Source: an uncultured delta proteobacterium
Lineage (GTDB): Bacteria > Myxococcota > Myxococcia > Myxococcales > Myxococcaceae
NCBI GenBank assembly: GCA_963796055.1
Contig: CAWCKH010000004.1
Coordinates: forward strand, 320,001-384,000
Length of the DNA stretch: 64,000 bases
Direction of reading: 5' to 3'
Below are positions 59,631 to 64,000 of this stretch, one piece after another. The notes under the pieces are model-generated. The model searched no databases. It had not been told where the DNA came from and was given only the letters and a program-made list of their open reading frames with translations. The position numbers and the translations under genes are program-made. The stretch's first letter is position 1. Each line of letters opens with the position of its first letter.

Positions 59631-60314
59631 CTACTGCTCCCGGCTGAGCACGTAGCCCACCCCGCGCACCGTCTTGATGCGCCGGGGAGAGCGCGGGTCA
59701 TCGCCGAGCTTCGCCCGGAGGTGCGAGATGTGGACGTCCACCGTGCGCTCGCCGACCACCACGTCGCTCCGCCCGGCCTCGGCGAGCAGCGCGTCGCGGG
59801 GGATGACCCGTCCGGCCCGGCGCATCAGAGCGACCAGGATGTCGAACTCCAGGCCGGTGAGCTCCACCGCCTTGCCTTCCACCAGGACCTGCCGGCAGCC
59901 CACGTCCACCTGCACGTCGGCGACCGCGAGCTTCTCGCTCACCGCCTCCGGGGCGCTGCGGCGGAGCACCGCCCGCAGGCGGGCGAGCAGCTCGCGGGGG
60001 CTGAAGGGCTTGGGCACGTAGTCGTCGGCACCGATCTCCAGCCCCACCACCCGGTCCGTCTCGTCGCCCTTGGCGGTGAGCATCAGGATGGGCACCCGGC
60101 TCCGGGTGCGGATGCGCCGGAGCACCTCCAACCCGTCCATGCCCGGGAGCATGATGTCCAGGAGCACGGCGTCGAAGGCGGAGGCGTCCAGGGCCTGGAT
60201 GCCGCTCGCTCCGTCGTAGGCCGGCGTCACCTGGACGCCGTTCTGCCCGAGCCAGCTGACCAGTAATTCCTGGAGCCGGCGGTCGTCATCGATGCACAGC
60301 ACCCGGACGGACAT
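59631..60314 (-). CDS. OmpR-family response regulator (CpxR-like)
   Basis: CIDDD, LDIMLP, GADDYVPKPFSPREL, TVRGVGY. Confidence 0.95.
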   Translation of the reverse strand: MSVRVLCIDDDRRLQELLVSWLGQNGVQVTPAYDGASGIQALDASAFDAVLLDIMLPGMDGLEVLRRIRTRSRVPILMLTAKGDETDRVVGLEIGADDYVPKPFSPRELLARLRAVLRRSAPEAVSEKLAVADVQVDVGCRQVLVEGKAVELTGLEFDILVALMRRAGRVIPRDALLAEAGRSDVVVGERTVDVHISHLRAKLGDDPRSPRRIKTVRGVGYVLSREQ

Positions 60315-60329
60315 GGCGAGGCGACGAGT

Positions 60330-60545
60330 CTAACGTCCCGCCTCGTCGCCCGGCAGGAAGTGGGGGGACGGGCGCCCAGGGCCACCCCGGGCGGCCTCGA
60401 CGCAGAGCCCGGCCATGTGCCGCTCCCAGGCCAGGCGGCGCTCCCACCGGCGCATCCGGAGCGCGTGGAAGCCCGACCCGAAGCCGAGCAGGACGCCGGC
60501 GGTGAGGAGCGCGATGCGCAGATCCCGTCGCATGGTCGTCCTCAC
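60330..60545 (-). CDS. Small membrane-anchored hypothetical protein
   Basis: IALLTAGVLLGFGSGFHA TM segment; lies in the operon between the Spy-like gene and the regulator. Confidence 0.55.
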   Translation of the reverse strand: MRTTMRRDLRIALLTAGVLLGFGSGFHALRMRRWERRLAWERHMAGLCVEAARGGPGRPSPHFLPGDEAGR

Positions 60546-61037
60546 CTAGCTCCACCGCCGGCGCCAGCCGGAGGACAGGAGATCCGCCAGCTCGCCCCGC
60601 TGCCGCGGATCGAGCGCCTCGTGGACCCGAGCCGCCTGCCCGCGCAGCGTCTCGCGCACGGTCGCCATCCGCGCCTCCGCCCGGGCGAAGGCCTCCTCCA
60701 GGGCGCCCGCGTCGAAGGTCTCGCCCCGGATGCTGCGGGCGACGTCGGAGCGCATCCGCTCGGCGTCGTCGCGCCAGCCGTGGATCGTGCTGCGGAGCGC
60801 GTCGGCGGCCTCGGCGATCACCTTCTCCTGTCCGGGCGAGGTGTCCATGCGCTCGAACAGCCAGCGCAGGGGGCCGCGCCCGCCCGGACGACCCGGCCCG
60901 TCCCAGCCCTCGTGGCGCCATCCACCCCACCGGCCCCGGCCCCAACGGCCCGGGCCGTGGGCGTACGCCCAGCCACCACCGCGCATCGTCCGGGCGAGGA
61001 GATACAGACACGCCGCGCCCACCAGGAAACCCAACAT
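60546..61037 (-). CDS. Periplasmic heavy-metal sensor / Spy-CpxP-like protein
   Basis: LRWLFERMDTSPGQEKVI, VHEALDPRQRGEL (LTxxQ-like); GGAG RBS. Confidence 0.75.
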   Translation of the reverse strand: MLGFLVGAACLYLLARTMRGGGWAYAHGPGRWGRGRWGGWRHEGWDGPGRPGGRGPLRWLFERMDTSPGQEKVIAEAADALRSTIHGWRDDAERMRSDVARSIRGETFDAGALEEAFARAEARMATVRETLRGQAARVHEALDPRQRGELADLLSSGWRRRWS

Positions 61038-61150
61038 CGCTCGTCTTCTCCGGTCAGGGGCGACGGAAGTGCCGCCCACGCCTCCCAGACGTAAGAGGGC
61101 CGTGTGAAGCCGCCCCCCCTGCTGCGGTGAAGAAATGCAAACCCGGTCAG

Positions 61151-62257
61151 TTACCGGGGGGTGGAGGGCGCCCCGGCCTCGAGCCGCTCGGCCTGCTCGC
61201 GCAGCGAGGCGGACTGTGGTGGCAGGCGCACCCAGCCGGCGGTGTGCTCGGTCCGGGCGTACCACTCCGCCCCGGCGCGCCCGAGCTCCACGAATCCGAG
61301 CGGTTTGCGGTCGCGCACGTACTCGACGCGGAGGGCGATGGTGGGCGTGCCCTCCCGCGGCATCTCGCCGCGCCCCAGCACCTCCAGCGGCGCGAGCCGC
61401 CACACCCGGTCCGCCAGGGCGGTGGCGTCCGGGCTCGGGGCATCCGGGTTCTCGGCCGGGGCGACGCGGGTCGTCCCCTGCGCCCGGCGAACGACGAAGG
61501 CCCGGGTGCGCCCGTCCAGCTGGAGCTGCAGCGCATCCGGCTCGTCCGAGCGGAACGCATGGAGCCGCCGGTCGACCAGCCGGCTCGACGCCGCGGAGAG
61601 GTCCTGCACCAGCGATTCCTGGACGAGCCACAGGTGTCCATCGGGCGCGAGCAGATACGCGCCGGCGGCACCCGGCGGGGTGGAGACGGCGAAGGCGAGC
61701 GTGCGCGCCGGGCCGGACGGGCCCGCTCCGGTCTCGAGCTCGAGCCGCTTGCTCGAGGCCTCGAGCCCGAGCGCGGCGCGGCGTGCGGGGGTGACGGCGC
61801 CCAGGTCCCGGGTGGCCATCGGCGGGGAGACCCGATCGAGGAGCTGCTCGGCCGTCTCGTTCCCGCGGAGGTCGCGCGGCGGTGGAGGTGGTGCTTCCCG
61901 GATGGCCCGGAGCGCGTCGGTCACCCCGGCATCGCCGCGGCCGCGCACACCGGCGTCGGCCCGGGCACCGGATCCGTCCAGGCCCGCATCGGACGACGTG
62001 CCTGGACCTGCGTCCGGCGGTTGCAGCGTGGGGCTGGTGGCGATGTGCACCCAGGCGGTCTGGTCGATGTCCCGGGTGACGGTCACCAGATGGCTGCCGT
62101 CGTCCCAGCGCACCCTCTTCACCTCGCCGCGGGCGAGCGCGGCAACTGGCACCTCGCCCGGAGCGCCCCGTGGCGGCGGACGGAGCCAGACCACCGTGGC
62201 CAGCGCCAGCGCGCCGGCAGCCACCGCGCCCTGCACCAGCACCGCTCGCCCTCTCAT
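61151..62257 (-). CDS. DUF4340-like protein (ABC/Gld accessory)
   Basis: N-terminal TM; ATGA overlap with the GldG-like gene; ALGLE, YARTEHTAGWV. Confidence 0.7.
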   Translation of the reverse strand: MRGRAVLVQGAVAAGALALATVVWLRPPPRGAPGEVPVAALARGEVKRVRWDDGSHLVTVTRDIDQTAWVHIATSPTLQPPDAGPGTSSDAGLDGSGARADAGVRGRGDAGVTDALRAIREAPPPPPRDLRGNETAEQLLDRVSPPMATRDLGAVTPARRAALGLEASSKRLELETGAGPSGPARTLAFAVSTPPGAAGAYLLAPDGHLWLVQESLVQDLSAASSRLVDRRLHAFRSDEPDALQLQLDGRTRAFVVRRAQGTTRVAPAENPDAPSPDATALADRVWRLAPLEVLGRGEMPREGTPTIALRVEYVRDRKPLGFVELGRAGAEWYARTEHTAGWVRLPPQSASLREQAERLEAGAPSTPR

Positions 62258-63999
62258 CGCGCCTTCCTCCGGCGCGTCACCCAGAACCCGGCCCCTAGCA
62301 CCGCCAGCGGCGCCACGAAGACCGTGGCGTAGAACCACGCCACCTCCTGGCCCCGGGTGTGCTGGATGGGGAAGTCCGTCTCCCCGCCGGGCGCACCGAG
62401 CGACTCCTCGCCGAGCAGCCAGCGGACGCCGTCCAGGGCCAGGACGCGGTTGCCCTGGCTCCCGTCGAAGACGAGGTCGGTGAAGGCGTCGGAGTCGGCG
62501 ACCACCACCGCGCGTCCCTCGTCGCTGCCCTTCCTGGGCAAGGTGACGGCGGCGGCCACGTCCCACGCCTTTCGCTTCTCGGTCCGCGGATCGAAGACGT
62601 AGTTCCCGTCGAGGTCGCGGAACGTCTCCGGGAGGGTGGAGACGGTGAAGACCACGTTCACCCCGGCCGGCTTCTGGGTGAGCGCCTCGAGGGACCCCGC
62701 GCCGAGCAGGAACACCGGGAGCCGCCCGCTGGCCCGGACCAGCGTGCCGACGCTGGCATGGGGACCGAAGGTGGCGGTGACCAGCTGCGCGCGGTCGCTG
62801 GGCTGGTGGGTGCGCGCCAGGTACACCCGGTCGTTCACCAGGGTGGTGGGAACGAAGCGGACTCCCAGCGGCTGGAGCAGGGCGTCGAAGTGCGAGCCGG
62901 ACTCGGGGTCCAGCGCCACCAGGAGCCGTCCACCCCCGCGCACCCACCGCACCAGCGCCTCCACCTCCTCGCGGAGGAAGGGCATGGTGGGCCCGACGAT
63001 CAGCACCGCGCTGGCATCGCGCGGGACCTCGGTGGCCAGACCCTGGGCGGGGCCGAGCGGTCGGACCTGGTCGTTCTGCGCCCGGAGCAGCTCCTGGAAG
63101 GTGCGCACCGTCCCCCGGGGGTCGGAGAGGTCGGCGTTCAATGCCGCCCGCTCGCCATGACCGGTGGTGAGGTAGATGATCTTCGCCGCGCGGGCGACCT
63201 GGTAGAGCCGCTTCTGCACCTCGGGATCGAGCTCGCGGAGCTGGCTCCTCGAGGAGTCGAGCGTGTTGCCGGTCAGGTAGGTCTCGTGGCGCTCGCCCCG
63301 GCTCACGGCGATGGCGCCGTTCCCGTTCACGCCCAGGGCCCGGGCTTGGGCGAGATCGACCGCGGCGTCCAGACGCTCCACCCGGAGCAGCGGGCTCTCC
63401 TCGGCCAGCGACTCGGCGTAGTCGCGCACCGCGGCGCCCACCTCGGAGCCGGGCGGGTAGAAGAGGCTGAGCGTCACCGGCTCGGTGAACCCGCGCACCA
63501 GCCCGCGGGTCGAGTCGCTCGGGCGCCCGGGCCGGAAGTAGCTCCAGTCGGAGGACACGTCCCGCACGTCCGCCACCCAGCCCAGGGCCAGGGCGGTGGT
63601 GAGCACCGCGACCAGCGCCGCGCCGGTGCCCACCGCGTCCTGGACCCGCGCCACCTCGACCTCCGGGGCGCGGGCCATGGCGGCGTAGGCCAGCTCACCC
63701 AGCACCAGGGGCACCACGGCGCTCGCGGCCAGGAGGGCGGTGGCAAGCTGCAAGGCAGTGGCCAGGCGCGGAGCGCCGGCTTTCAGATCCGGCCCGCCGG
63801 CGGCCAGCACCACGTCGGACTGCGCGAACCAGGCGACCAGCGCGAGCAGCGCCAGGGTGGAGAGAATGGCGAAGAGGCGCTCCACCCGGGCCCGGGGCGC
63901 AGAGGCCGACAGCGCCGAGCGGTTCCAGCGGAGGACGGCGGCCACGGCGACGGCGAGCACCCCCAGGACGTCGAGGACGGCACGGAGGGCCCCGGCGCC
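62254..63999 (-). CDS. GldG-like ABC transporter auxiliary component (5' truncated)
   Basis: IYLTTGHGER, VPRDASAVLIVGP, GGRLLVALDP, VVADSDAF, WLLGEE, C-terminal TM plus RRRK. Confidence 0.85.
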   Translation of the reverse strand, partial: GAGALRAVLDVLGVLAVAVAAVLRWNRSALSASAPRARVERLFAILSTLALLALVAWFAQSDVVLAAGGPDLKAGAPRLATALQLATALLAASAVVPLVLGELAYAAMARAPEVEVARVQDAVGTGAALVAVLTTALALGWVADVRDVSSDWSYFRPGRPSDSTRGLVRGFTEPVTLSLFYPPGSEVGAAVRDYAESLAEESPLLRVERLDAAVDLAQARALGVNGNGAIAVSRGERHETYLTGNTLDSSRSQLRELDPEVQKRLYQVARAAKIIYLTTGHGERAALNADLSDPRGTVRTFQELLRAQNDQVRPLGPAQGLATEVPRDASAVLIVGPTMPFLREEVEALVRWVRGGGRLLVALDPESGSHFDALLQPLGVRFVPTTLVNDRVYLARTHQPSDRAQLVTATFGPHASVGTLVRASGRLPVFLLGAGSLEALTQKPAGVNVVFTVSTLPETFRDLDGNYVFDPRTEKRKAWDVAAAVTLPRKGSDEGRAVVVADSDAFTDLVFDGSQGNRVLALDGVRWLLGEESLGAPGGETDFPIQHTRGQEVAWFYATVFVAPLAVLGAGFWVTRRRKAR

Positions 64000-64000
64000 C

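Overview
A GC-rich, gene-dense 64 kb window. It is probably from a myxobacterium (Myxococcota); this is inferred from a MYXO-CTERM-like tail, DAG-motif exported proteins and a GldG/DUF4340 pair. It opens with a nitrite-reduction and siroheme operon (nirB-nirD-nirC-hemD-sirC-cobA). The rest is a patchwork of stress, detoxification and regulatory genes (VOC, ArsR, SRPBCC, AKR, ECF sigma, PfpI, MocR, pirins, ChrA, CrcB, Dps, SthA, TetR, two OmpR-type two-component pairs, a hybrid kinase), peptidases (Map, M64, M1) and housekeeping enzymes (IlvE, class I/II aminotransferase, GlpD, GH63). I found no rRNA, tRNA, CRISPR array, integrase, transposase or reverse transcriptase. The most notable unexplained signals are: (1) an intergenic element near 33 kb with a 38-bp inverted repeat enclosing two further hairpins; (2) an overlapping three-gene module of HipA-like kinase, DUF3037 and a YaaA-like protein; (3) a PfpI gene running in frame into an ECF sigma gene; (4) several collapsed gene remnants (TolC, cysteine dioxygenase, SDR, possibly FN3/MYXO-CTERM); (5) recurrent leaderless-type TANNNT promoters. 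All family calls come from recognising motifs by eye, not from database searches.
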